Below, piece after piece: positions 51,995 to 63,316 of a stretch of 64,000 bases of DNA. The stretch's first letter is position 1; each line of letters starts with the position of its first letter. This DNA comes from Eledone cirrhosa (taxonomy: Eukaryota): positions 19,530,001-19,594,000 of the forward strand of contig OZ024748.1 of NCBI GenBank assembly GCA_964016885.1, read 5' to 3'. The notes under the pieces were generated by a model. That model was not told the origin of the DNA, ran no database searches, and was given only the letters and a program-made list of their open reading frames with translations. The position numbers were made by a program, and so were the translations under genes.

Positions 51995-54900
51995 ATGACC
52001 TCACTCAGAATAGGCAGCATAAATGCGCGTGGCTTGGGGTCGTCATGGAAGCAGGGTCACCTGCTCAACGACCTCAGGTCACTAAACATAGATGTAGTGG
52101 CCATCAGCGAGACCAGAATCTCCGAAGCACGGGCCTTCGCATCAATCTTCGGCGGCTACGATGTGTACGCATCTCCCAGCCGTCCTGGATCGGGTGGAGG
52201 AGTTGCTGTGCTTTTTCGGAGAGGTTTAGATCTCGCCATACGGGCCATCTTCCTGGACCCAGAGGGTAAGCTGGTGGTGCTGGACGTGACCAGCGGAGAC
52301 GGGCAAGCTTTCAGGCTAGTGGCCGTCTATGCCCCGACAGGAGCAGGGCGGCCTGATTTCTTCCGGCGTCTGGAGACCTTTCTTGGAACGTCCCGCTCTT
52401 TAGTGTTAGTGGGCGACTGGAACGGGATCTTAGATGCACGCTGGGACTGTGTGGGATTAGCGGATAGGGGTGGAGGGTGCAAGAGCCTCACCAACCTGCT
52501 CAGGCGTTTTGAACTGTCTGACAGGTACCGATTGGATTTCCCGAATGTGCCAATGTGGACTTGGACAAACCGCATAGGGTCATCCAGATCATATCTAGAT
52601 AGAGTATTTTGTAGGGAAATAGATAGGTCTAGCATAGGCTGTCCACAATTCAAGATAGTCAGCTACACGGACCACAAATTCGTGACCTGTGTGCTTGACT
52701 TAGATAGGCTTCATAGACGAGGACCCGGCTACTGGAAGCTAAACGCGTCCTTACCAGCGCGCAAGGCCTACAGAGACCGGATTAGCGAACTAGTTAAGCG
52801 GGCGTTGACGGGGACCATCGTCAACAACAAGTGGTGGTTTGCTCTGAAAAGAGCGATTAGAATAGAATCGATTAGGTTTAGTAAGGCTTTAGCAATAGAG
52901 AAAAATAGAGCAGAGGGAGAACTAGTTAGAAAATTAGACGAGGCGCTTAGCAAAGGCATTGCGACCGACGTGCTTGCGGCGAAATTGGCCCTTGACCAAT
53001 TCTTCAATGCAAAGCACGAAGGCTGCGTTGTCAGAGCTAGGGTGCGTGCTCTCAGACACGAGGGGACGAAAGCCGTTCAATGGGCCCGAGTGGCGGAGGC
53101 GCGTCGTGGCAACAAAGCCACGATCCGGTCTTTGGTGGACCACGACGGGCGCATGCTACTCGATCCCGGGCAAATGTGTGAAGCTTTTCAGCGACACTTC
53201 GCTCAGCTGTTCGGGGGCAGCGGGGGGCCGGGTAGAGGGATGGACTTTAGTGTCTACCTCGACGGACTGCCGCGGCTCTCGGCCACTGAGGCGAGGTGTT
53301 GCGAAAAGCCGATAACAGCCGCTGAAGTACGGGAGGCAATGACTGGCTGCACAAGGGGTAAATCGCCTGGTTTGGATGGTCTGCCCTATGAACTTTACGT
53401 ACAGATGCCAGACTTGTTCGGAGGCCTCTTGGCGGACGTCTACTGCAACTGGCAACAGAACGGGAGAATTCCCAGTTCTGTGAGCCGAGGAGCGGTGGCA
53501 CTGCTGAGAAAGGATCCGAACAAGGGGGATAACATAGAAAATTTCCGGCCCATAACTCTGCTAAACACAGAGTTTAAGATTTTGGCCAAGGTGCTAGCAA
53601 AGAGGTTGGCGCTTGTCGTTGGTGGTCTGGTGGGAGAGGCGCAGACATGCGCCATTCCCGACAGATCCATCCACGACAACCTCCACCTCATGCGATACAT
53701 CGTAGAGAGGGTAGCTAGGGAACCTGGCACGGGTGGGTCCTTGATCAATTTAGATCAGTCGAAAGCTTTCGATAGGGTCGACCATCGTTACCTAGCGGCA
53801 GTCCTGAGGGCGGCTGGCTTTGGGCCCGTCTTCAGAGGCTGGATCGCTGCCATGCACAGCGACATCTGCTCTGTGGTGAGAGTGAACGGTCACCTGTCGG
53901 AACCGTTCAACATCATGCGCTCGGTCCGCCAAGGATGTCCCCTCTCGTCCCTCTTGTACGTATTGACTCTCGAGCCATTACTGCACAAACTGGAGACGTT
54001 GAGGGGGGTCCCGCGCGAACTAGGATGCGGAAGATCCGTGTCAGCATATGCGGACGATGTCACCGTAGTGGTGTCGAACGCCAAACACATCGAGGCGATC
54101 GGCACTACACTAAGAGAATACGAAGCGGTGACAGGAGCAATGATCAACCAGGAAAAGTCAGTGGGCCTGCAGCTCGGCACCTGGAGAGGCAGGTCCATGC
54201 CGTCCAACAGCGTCGTCGGGCGCTGGACGGACGGACCGGTTAAATTGCTAGGGGTCTGGTTCGGTCCGGACCTCCAGACGGACAAAAACTGGGACGAGGT
54301 GACGAGCAGGGTGGCTTCTCTCACCCAGAAATGGGCGGAGAGGAAGCTATCCCTGAAAGGTCGAGCGGAGGTGGCTAACGCGTACATCGCGTCTGTCATC
54401 TGCTACCGCCTAACCGTCGTACCTTGTCCTAAGCCTCGCCTGACTGCGCTGGAGCGTTTGCTCTTTCGCTTTTTGTGGAAGGGACGTGCTCCGATGGTCA
54501 GGCGGTCCATCTGTTGTCAACACCCGCTACGTGGAGGGCTGGGCATGCCGTGGCTGATGATGCGCAGGCACGCGCTCAGGCTACGACATCTCCACCTCTT
54601 CCTCGACGGTGATCAGGTGTGGTCGCCGTTTGCTAGACGCGTTTTTCCCCAGCTCGTTTCCTTGACGGAGCTGCAGTCCTGGGTCAAGCGAAGACCGAGA
54701 GGGAGCGCCTGGAGACTGGAATGTCTTCAGGCGCTCACAGCCCTCGACCAATCGGGCAATGTGACCGGTGGAAACTCCACCTCGGCGTTCTATAGAGGAT
54801 TAGTGGAGGGGAAGAGCGACGACGTACTTGGGGAAACTCTAGGCGTCGACGAAAATCAACTAGCCAATCTCTTCGGAAGAACTTTCGGGCCAGGGCCTAT

Positions 54901-55414
54901 GGACAACTTCCAGAAATCTCTGGCCTGGCAGTGCTACCGAGGAGCCTTGCCAGTTCGGGATAAACTCTACAGGCATGGAGGTGCCGTCAGCCGGGCATGT
55001 CCGAGATGCGCGCAGGGCGACGAAACCGTCCTGCACGCACTCGTCCAGTGTCCGAAAATTGCTGACTTGTGGGTTTATGTCGAACACCTGCTGTCGCGTT
55101 TAGGACGGATCCAGCTATCATCTGAGTCTATCGTGAGGATTGCCCCGCCCTCCTCCTTTAGCCGGGAAGGGCAGGCAGTTTTTATCTGTCTGGTGGCCAT
55201 GGCGAAAGAGATAGTATGGTGGACACGTTTGAAAGGGCTGAAGACGAGCACTTACCTCTTCGGTGATGCTCTGATTGACTTTTTCAAATTTCATTTGAAA
55301 AGGAAAATCAGAGTAGAGAAGGAAGTGCTCTCTTCCCAGCATTTTGTTGAAAGATGGGTGAGAGAAGCAAGAATGGCCCGAGTGAATGGGCCGACTCTGA
55401 GTATATATCTGTAA
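51995..55414 (+). CDS. Tx1 ORF2: APE + RT + zinc finger (1139 aa)
   Basis: Same motifs as 4524-7943; about six amino-acid differences by eye. Confidence 0.95.
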   Translation: MTSLRIGSINARGLGSSWKQGHLLNDLRSLNIDVVAISETRISEARAFASIFGGYDVYASPSRPGSGGGVAVLFRRGLDLAIRAIFLDPEGKLVVLDVTSGDGQAFRLVAVYAPTGAGRPDFFRRLETFLGTSRSLVLVGDWNGILDARWDCVGLADRGGGCKSLTNLLRRFELSDRYRLDFPNVPMWTWTNRIGSSRSYLDRVFCREIDRSSIGCPQFKIVSYTDHKFVTCVLDLDRLHRRGPGYWKLNASLPARKAYRDRISELVKRALTGTIVNNKWWFALKRAIRIESIRFSKALAIEKNRAEGELVRKLDEALSKGIATDVLAAKLALDQFFNAKHEGCVVRARVRALRHEGTKAVQWARVAEARRGNKATIRSLVDHDGRMLLDPGQMCEAFQRHFAQLFGGSGGPGRGMDFSVYLDGLPRLSATEARCCEKPITAAEVREAMTGCTRGKSPGLDGLPYELYVQMPDLFGGLLADVYCNWQQNGRIPSSVSRGAVALLRKDPNKGDNIENFRPITLLNTEFKILAKVLAKRLALVVGGLVGEAQTCAIPDRSIHDNLHLMRYIVERVAREPGTGGSLINLDQSKAFDRVDHRYLAAVLRAAGFGPVFRGWIAAMHSDICSVVRVNGHLSEPFNIMRSVRQGCPLSSLLYVLTLEPLLHKLETLRGVPRELGCGRSVSAYADDVTVVVSNAKHIEAIGTTLREYEAVTGAMINQEKSVGLQLGTWRGRSMPSNSVVGRWTDGPVKLLGVWFGPDLQTDKNWDEVTSRVASLTQKWAERKLSLKGRAEVANAYIASVICYRLTVVPCPKPRLTALERLLFRFLWKGRAPMVRRSICCQHPLRGGLGMPWLMMRRHALRLRHLHLFLDGDQVWSPFARRVFPQLVSLTELQSWVKRRPRGSAWRLECLQALTALDQSGNVTGGNSTSAFYRGLVEGKSDDVLGETLGVDENQLANLFGRTFGPGPMDNFQKSLAWQCYRGALPVRDKLYRHGGAVSRACPRCAQGDETVLHALVQCPKIADLWVYVEHLLSRLGRIQLSSESIVRIAPPSSFSREGQAVFICLVAMAKEIVWWTRLKGLKTSTYLFGDALIDFFKFHLKRKIRVEKEVLSSQHFVERWVREARMARVNGPTLSIYL

Positions 55415-55672
55415 ACTAAAGGTGGAAAACTGGGAGAGGGCACTTGCCTTGGTGGTCAGGGTCATTGTGGCTTTTTACTGGGCTTTCTCCACAAATGTCC
55501 CTCCGAAGTCTCCCCCCTATTGGGGAATTTTTCATTGTTATTTTCATTGTTATTTTTGTTACATCCTCTGTTTTTGTTTTTACACGCAGAAATGCCCATT
55601 TGTACCGTCCTGCATTGTCCTGCACTGTCCTTAATGTCTACTTTATGTAAACCCTTGTGGTTAATAAAGAAA

Positions 55673-55740
<68 letters not shown>

Positions 55741-55742
<2 letters not shown>

Positions 55743-56806
55743 AGTTGCATTTATCTTGCTTTATGTTCATACGAGTTATCACCAAGTCACAACCAGTGAC
55801 CTCAAGAGACAACAACGTCCGCCATGTTCAAGAAAGAACATACATATTCACACATGCATCTTTAGTGTTTAGACTTGTGATGTACTTATATTGACAGAAT
55901 CTTCCTTAGTATATGGGCAGTTCCCATTAGTACTATCTTTTGTATTTCTCCTATACGCGGGTTTCCTGGGATTTGCGATAAGTAATCATTAGACCCCTTA
56001 GGTATCATTCCCAGAGCGCCTACAACCACAGATATTGTTTTAGTTCTCAATTTCCACATTTTTCCAATTTCTATCTCCAGGTCCTTATACTTGCTCAATT
56101 TTTCAAATGTTTTTATAGATACATTCTTGTCTATTGGAACAGACATATCAATTAGCAGGCATACCCTCTTTTGAAAGTCTTTCAATATTATATCAGGTCT
56201 GTTTGCATCTATTTTTCGGTCTGTTTGGATGCTAAAGTTCCACAAGATTGAGATGTGATCTTTTTCAAGTATGGGAGGTGGTTGATGCTCCCACCAATTC
56301 TTTTGATGGGGCAGGTCAAAATGCTTACACATTATCCAATGTATGTATTGTGCAGTTTTGTCATGCCTGTTTAGGTATTCGGTTGGAGCTATAGGACTGC
56401 ACATTGAAATAATATGGTCAATGGTCTCTGGTTGTTTTTTGAATACACGGCATAATGGGCTGCACCCATTTTTTATTATGTAGGCTTGGTAATTTTTTGT
56501 TGGCAGACACTGATCTTGTGCCGATATAATCAGTCCTTCAGTCTCCGATTTCAGTCCAGAGGATGCCAACCACTGATGGGTTAAAGTTTTGTCAACATCA
56601 GGATTGTTAGCTCGCTCTGGGTATTTTCCACACAGAGGCTTTTCTTGCCATTTCTTAGCCAGTTTCTGTAGCAGTTCTTTCTTTGCAGTTACTTTTACCT
56701 GCTTTGCTTTTTCTGTGTTTTCCATTTCAGCAGTAAATGCGACTTCTGAAATTTGTAGTCCATTACTGTATCTTTGTGCATCTTTTGTAATGGAATATGA
56801 TCTTTT
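55741..56806 (-). mobile_element. 5'-truncated R4/Dong-like RLE retrotransposon, family 2
   Basis: WLASSGLKSETEGLIISAQDQ, ETIDHIISMC, RHD, NRPDIILKD..LLIDMSVP, KLSKYKDL, VVVGALG (stop at 55886); (TAA)n on both sides. Confidence 0.88.
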
Positions 56807-56842
56807 TATTATTATTATTATTATTATTATTGTTATTGTTAT

Positions 56843-58023
56843 TCCTTGAATCTCAGTCATTGATGTTGGTTAACTGGAAAGTCCGTTGGATTGAATATCA
56901 AGCCACTACCTGCAGCCTCAGATATTCAGGACGTATCGGAGGGTTCTTGCTGTTCCAAGCAAGCATGCCTTTTGAAGCGTTCCAAAAAGCGTGAAGGGGC
57001 CGATTTTCTTTAACCATCCCTGGAAACTTTTGGAGATAGTCCCCAGTGCGCCTATGACAATCGGGATCACTTTGACTTCATGGCAATTCCAAATCCTTTT
57101 CACCTCCCACTTTAGGTCCTGGTATCGGTTAATTTTCTCCCTCTCCTTCTCTTGCACTCTCGTGTCGAACGGGCAGGCCACATCCACAATCAGGCACGAT
57201 CTTTTTTCTTTGTCCACAACCACCAGGTCAGGTCTATTGTGTTCCAGTTTTTTGTCCGTCTGTATCCTAAAATCCCACAGCACCTTCACCTGATTGTTCT
57301 CCATCACCGCCTCTGGCCTATGCTCATACCATTTCTCAGAATGTGGTAGATTGTTTACTTTGCACAGGTGCCAGTGGATCACCCTGCCCATCACATCGTG
57401 TCTGCAGCCCTTATAGTGGGTCTGGGCTAGGTGTTTACACTCGGACACAATGTGAGCCACAGTCTCCTCTCTCTCTCCACAGATCCTGCACAGTGGGCTG
57501 GCCTCCTCCTTGTAGATATGGTGCTTCAACCACTTCGTTTTGAGGGCCTGCTCCTGCGCAGCCATTGGCATTCCTTCTGTAGCCTTTTTGAGGTCTCCTC
57601 TTCTCAACCAGTTCCATGTCTGTGGATCTCTAAATTCAGTTTTCTCAAAGAAGGTACTATGAAGGGGTTTTCCCTTAAGGCTGCTCTTCCTCCTTGATGT
57701 TATTTCCTCCCTGGACATCCCCTGGCCTACTGTCCCCTCCTTCAGTACAGCTTTGAGCATTGGCTCCTTACTATAGGTCACGTATTTGTATAGGTTGTTT
57801 TTCTCCATCTGAACACAGTCCTCTATGCTGATAAGACCTCTTCCACCCTCAGATCTCCTTAGGTAGAGTCTATCGACATCACTCCTCTTGTGGAACATGT
57901 TGTAGATAGTCAATAGCTTCCTAGTCTTCCTATCCATTTCTTTCTGTTCAGCAACATTCCATCTCAGAATTCCCGCACTGTACCTAATAATAGACACAGC
58001 TCGGGAATTTACTGCGCTTATGG

Positions 58024-58025
<2 letters not shown>
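56843..58025 (-). mobile_element. 5'-truncated R4/Dong-like RLE retrotransposon, family 1
   Basis: RLYLRRSEGGRGL, CRIC..HIVSEC, RPDLVVVD..IVDVACPFD (stop at 56918). Same family as 3221-4196 but diverged. (TAA)n on both sides. Confidence 0.92.
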
Positions 58026-58100
<75 letters not shown>

Positions 58101-58259
58101 GAGCGGTGGATTGGCAGTATCGGTAGGTCGGACGCCATGCTTTGCAGCATAGAGTTACGCCCCTTTACGGCATGGGTTCAAATCCCGCCGAGGTTATCTT
58201 TGCCTTTCAAGCTTACGGGGTCGATAAAATAAAGTACCAGTAATGTACTGGGATAATTG
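58101..58259 (+). mobile_element. tRNA-derived SINE, 3'-truncated, directly after (ATT)n
   Basis: A box, B box GGGTTCAAATCCC and shared core. Confidence 0.85.
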
Positions 58260-58757
58260 TCATGTTTTGAAAATTCTGAAGGTGCCATCTATCGCAGCCA
58301 TTTGTAGTCTATGAATTAGGGAGTTGCCCTCTTCGTCGATAAATCCAAGTTCAGTTATACTTTGGTCAATTAGGTTGGTATAGAACCTGTAGCTCCAATA
58401 ATTGTTTCTACTTTAGGCACCAGGCCAGCAATTACCCAGTGCATTACTGGTACTTTATTTTATCGACCCCGTAAGGAGTAAAGGCAAAGTCAACCTCGGC
58501 GGGATTTGAACTCAGATCGTAAAGGGCCGTAACTATACTGGAAAGCATGGCGTCCGACCCTCTACTGATACTGCCAATCCACCGCCCTGCCAATCCACAG
58601 CTCCAATAATGATGGGTATGAAGCTGAAGGTGTATCTTGGATACTGGATCTGCAGTCTTCTCATGAATGGTCCGTAGATGTCCTCCTTCTCTTGTATTTT
58701 TCTTACAACGTTGACATCAAGTAGGCAGCTGATCTCTACAGCAGAGCACGTTTTCAA
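58260..58757 (-). pseudogene. Old RLE-type retrotransposon fragment interrupted by a SINE
   Basis: VEISCLLDVNVVRKIQEKEDIYG...FIPIIIGA continues as TGSIP on the far side of the SINE. Confidence 0.6.
58403..58598 (-). mobile_element. tRNA-derived SINE with 12-bp TSD
   Basis: AGCTCCAATAAT at 58391-58402 and 58599-58610. Confidence 0.9.
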
Positions 58758-58784
58758 TGTGTCATACAGATGTTATGGTAACAT

Positions 58785-58852
58785 CTCTGTCTGACGAGCG
58801 ATCCAGACGTATATTATTATTGTTTGGGATCCAGAAACCTTTGGTAATGGAG
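58785..58852 (+). ncRNA. Putative type I hammerhead ribozyme
   Basis: CTCTGT-CTGACGA-GCGATCC..GGATCCA-GAAA-CCTTTGG-TA-ATGGAG; stems I-III can be drawn, with a mismatch at the base of stem II. Confidence 0.55.
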
Positions 58853-58883
58853 TAGTTATATTTTGTGTTGTTCACTTTCTAAT

Positions 58884-58920
<37 letters not shown>

Positions 58921-58926
<6 letters not shown>

Positions 58927-59069
58927 TCTGAAGACGGCATATATATGTGTTTGGTATGTATATTTAATTTTGATAGTTTGTATAATTTTGTATAATTTTG
59001 TACATAGATCTATTGAATATGCATGCCAATTCTAACACATATATATCCTAGAAACGATCGTTAAATAAT
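58921..59069 (+). ncRNA. Putative type I hammerhead ribozyme with palindromic stem III
   Basis: ATTATTT-CTGAAGA-..ATATATATGTGTT...AACACATATATAT..-GAAA-CGATCG-TT-AAATAAT; perfect 7-bp stem I. Confidence 0.65.
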
Positions 59070-59266
59070 GAACTTTTTTTGTTTAATATAAGGAACTGTT
59101 TCATTGTTTTATTCATTATTTTTTTAATATTTTATCTTGACTCTGTATTCCGTTTATCTTTCACCGAAAGTGATTTTTCATTGCATCTCTTCTTTCCATG
59201 ATATCCGGATTACATTGAGTTCTTCATACGGATTGGACACTACCGTAAACTCTTGGTAGATTTATC

Positions 59267-59313
<47 letters not shown>

Positions 59314-59926
59314 TGGCGGCACCCTTAGAGATAGTATTAGTATTCTTTTTCGGGACTCTGAATTATTATTTCGTATTAGTTTACTTTTTTGTACTGGGTG
59401 GTTGCTGGCCTTATGCCTGGGGTAGAAACCTTTATTTATTATTTCGTGGTAGTTTCTTTAGTATTTTGGCCCCTCCCTTGTTGACCCGTCACCGTAAGAT
59501 ATACTCGGTTTATTACTTATACCTCTTAAAAGGGTCTCATTATAATTCCGTCCCACCTAGTATATTTCGTTAGCCCAACAGTACCAGTGAGAGACTTAGG
59601 TCGTAGTAACCAGAAATTGTTTATTTTTTTTTTTTACATTTAATTGCTTTTTAACACTCTCCGTATTTTTCTATATATTTACCCCTTATTGTTCTACTTA
59701 TTGTTTTGACTTCCTCCCCCTCCCTAGTATCTTCTTTGACCTCATGCCCAGCTGTAGTCGGCACTATCAACGCATGAATACGTCTCTTCCACCCCCTCTC
59801 CCTCTTTCTCCTACTGGCAGATTTAGCTACCCTTCCCTCCACAAATTGCCAACATAGAATTATTATGTCTAAACAGCAAACTTTTGACCAATCCTTGTGA
59901 CAATCACTTTGACCATATATGGAATT

Positions 59927-60115
59927 ACCCCTTGAGAAGCTCGGCTATTCAAATACCAGGATAAAAATGTTCATTTAGTCCAGAATTAGCCGTCGAAACG
60001 GCTTGAGCTCAGCCGTCGGGGTCCTACTCGTTCCTATTACCCACTCTACTACCCTAAGTATTGAGTACTTTGGTGCGTTATGGTCCACCTGGTTCCTTAC
60101 CACATCTCCTCCGTT
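59927..60115 (+). mobile_element. Penelope-type pLTR with degenerate hammerhead, ending in (TA)n
   Basis: ACCCC-(decayed core TTGAGAAG)-CGGCTA..TAGCCG-TC-GAAA-CGGCT..AGCCG-TC-GGGGT. 3' end shared with 49326-49430 and 35728-35775. Confidence 0.55.
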
Positions 60116-60204
60116 ATATATATATATATATATATATTTAAGTTAGTATGTATTTAAGTATATATGTATATATGTATTTAAGTATGTATATATGTATATA
60201 TATA

Positions 60205-60249
<45 letters not shown>

Positions 60250-60607
60250 CTATGTATGAATATATATATGTATGAATGTATGTATGTATATGTATGTAAT
60301 TATGTATACATGTATGTCTGCATTTTCATGACATTATTGGTGGTCGAGTCAGCATTTCATTATTCAAGACATGATACTCTTTAAACAGTCGATGTCAGTA
60401 GTTTTAATGGTGGAAAAATCAATTTTTTATTTACATTACGCTAAATCTGTTAACTCTGCGATAAAACACAACGTAACTAACAAACACGAAATTGAGAAGA
60501 TGGGAACTAGAAATAGCTTTGCTATGAGTGCAGATCTCTCCATCGTCGCTATCACAAGTTGCAAATAATACATACAAATATATAAACACACAATTCCTTA
60601 TATGTTC

Positions 60608-60693
<86 letters not shown>

Positions 60694-60724
60694 TTATATT
60701 TATATATGTATGTGTATATATATA

Positions 60725-60767
<43 letters not shown>

Positions 60768-60780
60768 TTATATTTATATA

Positions 60781-60821
<41 letters not shown>

Positions 60822-60836
60822 TTATATTTATATATG

Positions 60837-60886
<50 letters not shown>

Positions 60887-60912
60887 TATTTATATTTATA
60901 TATGTATGTGTG

Positions 60913-60948
<36 letters not shown>

Positions 60949-61924
60949 TAGATAGATACGTAGGTTTGTATGTATTTATATATATACTCTCTCCTGTAGA
61001 CGTGAATTAAAGAGGAAGAAACCATAAATATATATATATATATATATAAATACAAGTTACAAATGATAAATATTTTGGGAACAACAACTTCAACTTTTGT
61101 TTGAAACAACTGATATTATCATTGTTTAATTTACGGTTATCACACTGTCTCTTATCTCTCCCTCCCCCCTCTCTCTCTGTCTCTCTCTTTCACTCTCTCT
61201 TATTCCCCTTCTACCCCTTTCTTTCTCTTTTCTTTCTCTGCCTTTTCTCTTTCTCTCCCCTATCTCTCTTTTCTTTGTCTACCTCAGTATCTGTCTGTCT
61301 CTGTCACTTTGCTTCTCTCTCTCTCTGTCTGTCTGTCTGTCGCTCTGTCTCTGTCTCTCTTAACGTAAACACCGTCTTCAATGTGTTTGTTGACAAGTAA
61401 GCAAGGCAATTTATAGACTGTAACTTGACGCAGTTCACCATGATGCTGTGATTACTGAAGAAAACAGAAATTTCCATCTCTTACAATGGCGAGTTTCAAG
61501 TCGAATATCCATTATAGAAACTGATACAAAATTGACAATGGCTGCCAACAGATATTTGATATCGGAACGATTAAAGTGTTACTAAAATTTCTGTTATTTC
61601 TCACAAAAATGGAGGCATTTGTCGCAAGCTTTTTCTTTTGTTTGATGTCTATTATAGATCCTGGCTATAAACAATTTTGGTGATACCACACAGTAGACAT
61701 GGTTTATTGCCATTCTGTATAGCCAATGACACTTATTTCATTAATGCATGTATCAGAATCACCATCGAGGAAAAAACCGTGTGTTGAAATCTTTCGTATA
61801 GTTTATAAGGGCAAGAACATATTAAATTACGAAATAGATTAAAACTGAGGTCTGGGATTCCCTCTTTGGGAGTTTAACACAACATTATGGCTCCCGTTTA
61901 TTAGAAGTATACAGGAAATAAAAC

Positions 61925-61971
<47 letters not shown>

Positions 61972-62236
61972 GGGAGATAATGTGTGTGTGTGTGTGAGAC
62001 AGAGAGAGAGGGGATAGAAAGGCAAAGTGTGAGGCACATAGATGGGAGAGATAGAGGCACAGCCTCTTGGGGGAGAAAGGCATATAGAGACACAGTGACG
62101 CGAAAGAAAGGCAGATTTAGTGAGGCACAGAAAAAGGTAGGGATAGCGATAGAGAGAGGAGAAAAGACAGAGACACATAAATGGGAGAGAGATAGATAGA
62201 TAGATAGAGAGAGAGAGTGAGAGAGAGAGAGAGAGA

Positions 62237-62292
<56 letters not shown>

Positions 62293-62882
62293 ACGCGAGT
62301 TCTGTTTTAGTCTTTCGTTTAAGAAACCAATTGTTATGAATTAGTTGCCAACATTTATCAACGTTTACAACTTGGTGGGATTTTATAAAAAAAAAACACC
62401 CGAGATATCAGACTATACGTCTCATAAAGTTCACCATCGTTTCTCCAAATTCTAAATATATAATCCACTGGACCCATCCCGCACACCCCCACAGATCACC
62501 CCATATAACAGCTCACAGACAACACCCCAAGCGCAACAACCTCCACACCACATACCACACACCCAGGCCCTCACACGTACACCAAACGCTCCATTCATTA
62601 CACGCAACAAACAAAGCTCTACAGAAAATACCAGACGCTTCCCCCACACCACAGACCCAACACCCAACGCTCCGTAACCTCACACACAACACCCCACAGT
62701 AGACACCCCACACATCACATCCGCCATCCCGCCCCACCCCATACTCAGTGGCCGATAAAATAAACGCCATTAATATTGTTAGTGACATATTAATGAGATA
62801 TAGTTGTTTTGATTGAATTCTCCACATGTAAAACAGAAAATTTAAAATGCCTGCCTATTCTGTTCTCTGGTAAAGTTCAGTG

Positions 62883-63316
62883 ACCATACCAGAACTCCTG
62901 AGTCTCGTTATCCATTAATATCTGAGCTACCATACCAGAACTCCTGAGTCTCGTTATCCACTAATATCTGAGCCACCATACCAGAACTCCTGAGTCTCGT
63001 TATCCACTAATATCTGAGCCACCACACCAGAACTCCTGAGTTTTGTTATCCACTAATATCTGAGACACCACACTCGAACTGAGCCTCGTTATCCACTAAT
63101 ATCTGAGCCACCATAATATAACTCCTGAGCCTCTTTACCCCCTAATATCTGAGTCACTAGACCATAACTCCTGAGCCTCGTTATCCACTAATATCTAAGT
63201 ATCATATAAGAACTCCTGAGCCTCGTTATCCACTAATATCTGAGGATGATACCAGAATTGACCCTTTTATCCACTAATAGCTGAGTCAACACACCAGAAC
63301 TCCTTAGCCTCGTTAC
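62883..63316 (+). repeat. 46-bp minisatellite (ACCATACCAGAACTCCTGAGTCTCGTTATCCACTAATATCTGAGCC)n, about 9.5 copies
   Basis: Units start at 62883, 62929, 62975 and onward; divergence increases rightwards. Confidence 0.92.

Larger units (their letters stand above)
49647..55674 (+). mobile_element. Full-length Tx1/L1-clade non-LTR retrotransposon, family A copy 2, in (ATT)n
   Basis: Near-identical to 4262-10292 in reverse orientation; (TTC)n(TTA)n 5' flank and (ATT)n 3' flank at 55675-55740. Confidence 0.95.

Noticed and set aside
56918-58150. 410-aa ORF as a SINE-poly-Asn-RLE fusion protein (similarly 55886-56860)
   Set aside because: Chance read-through across (AAT)n; the N-terminus comes from an antisense SINE or the neighbouring element's UTR.
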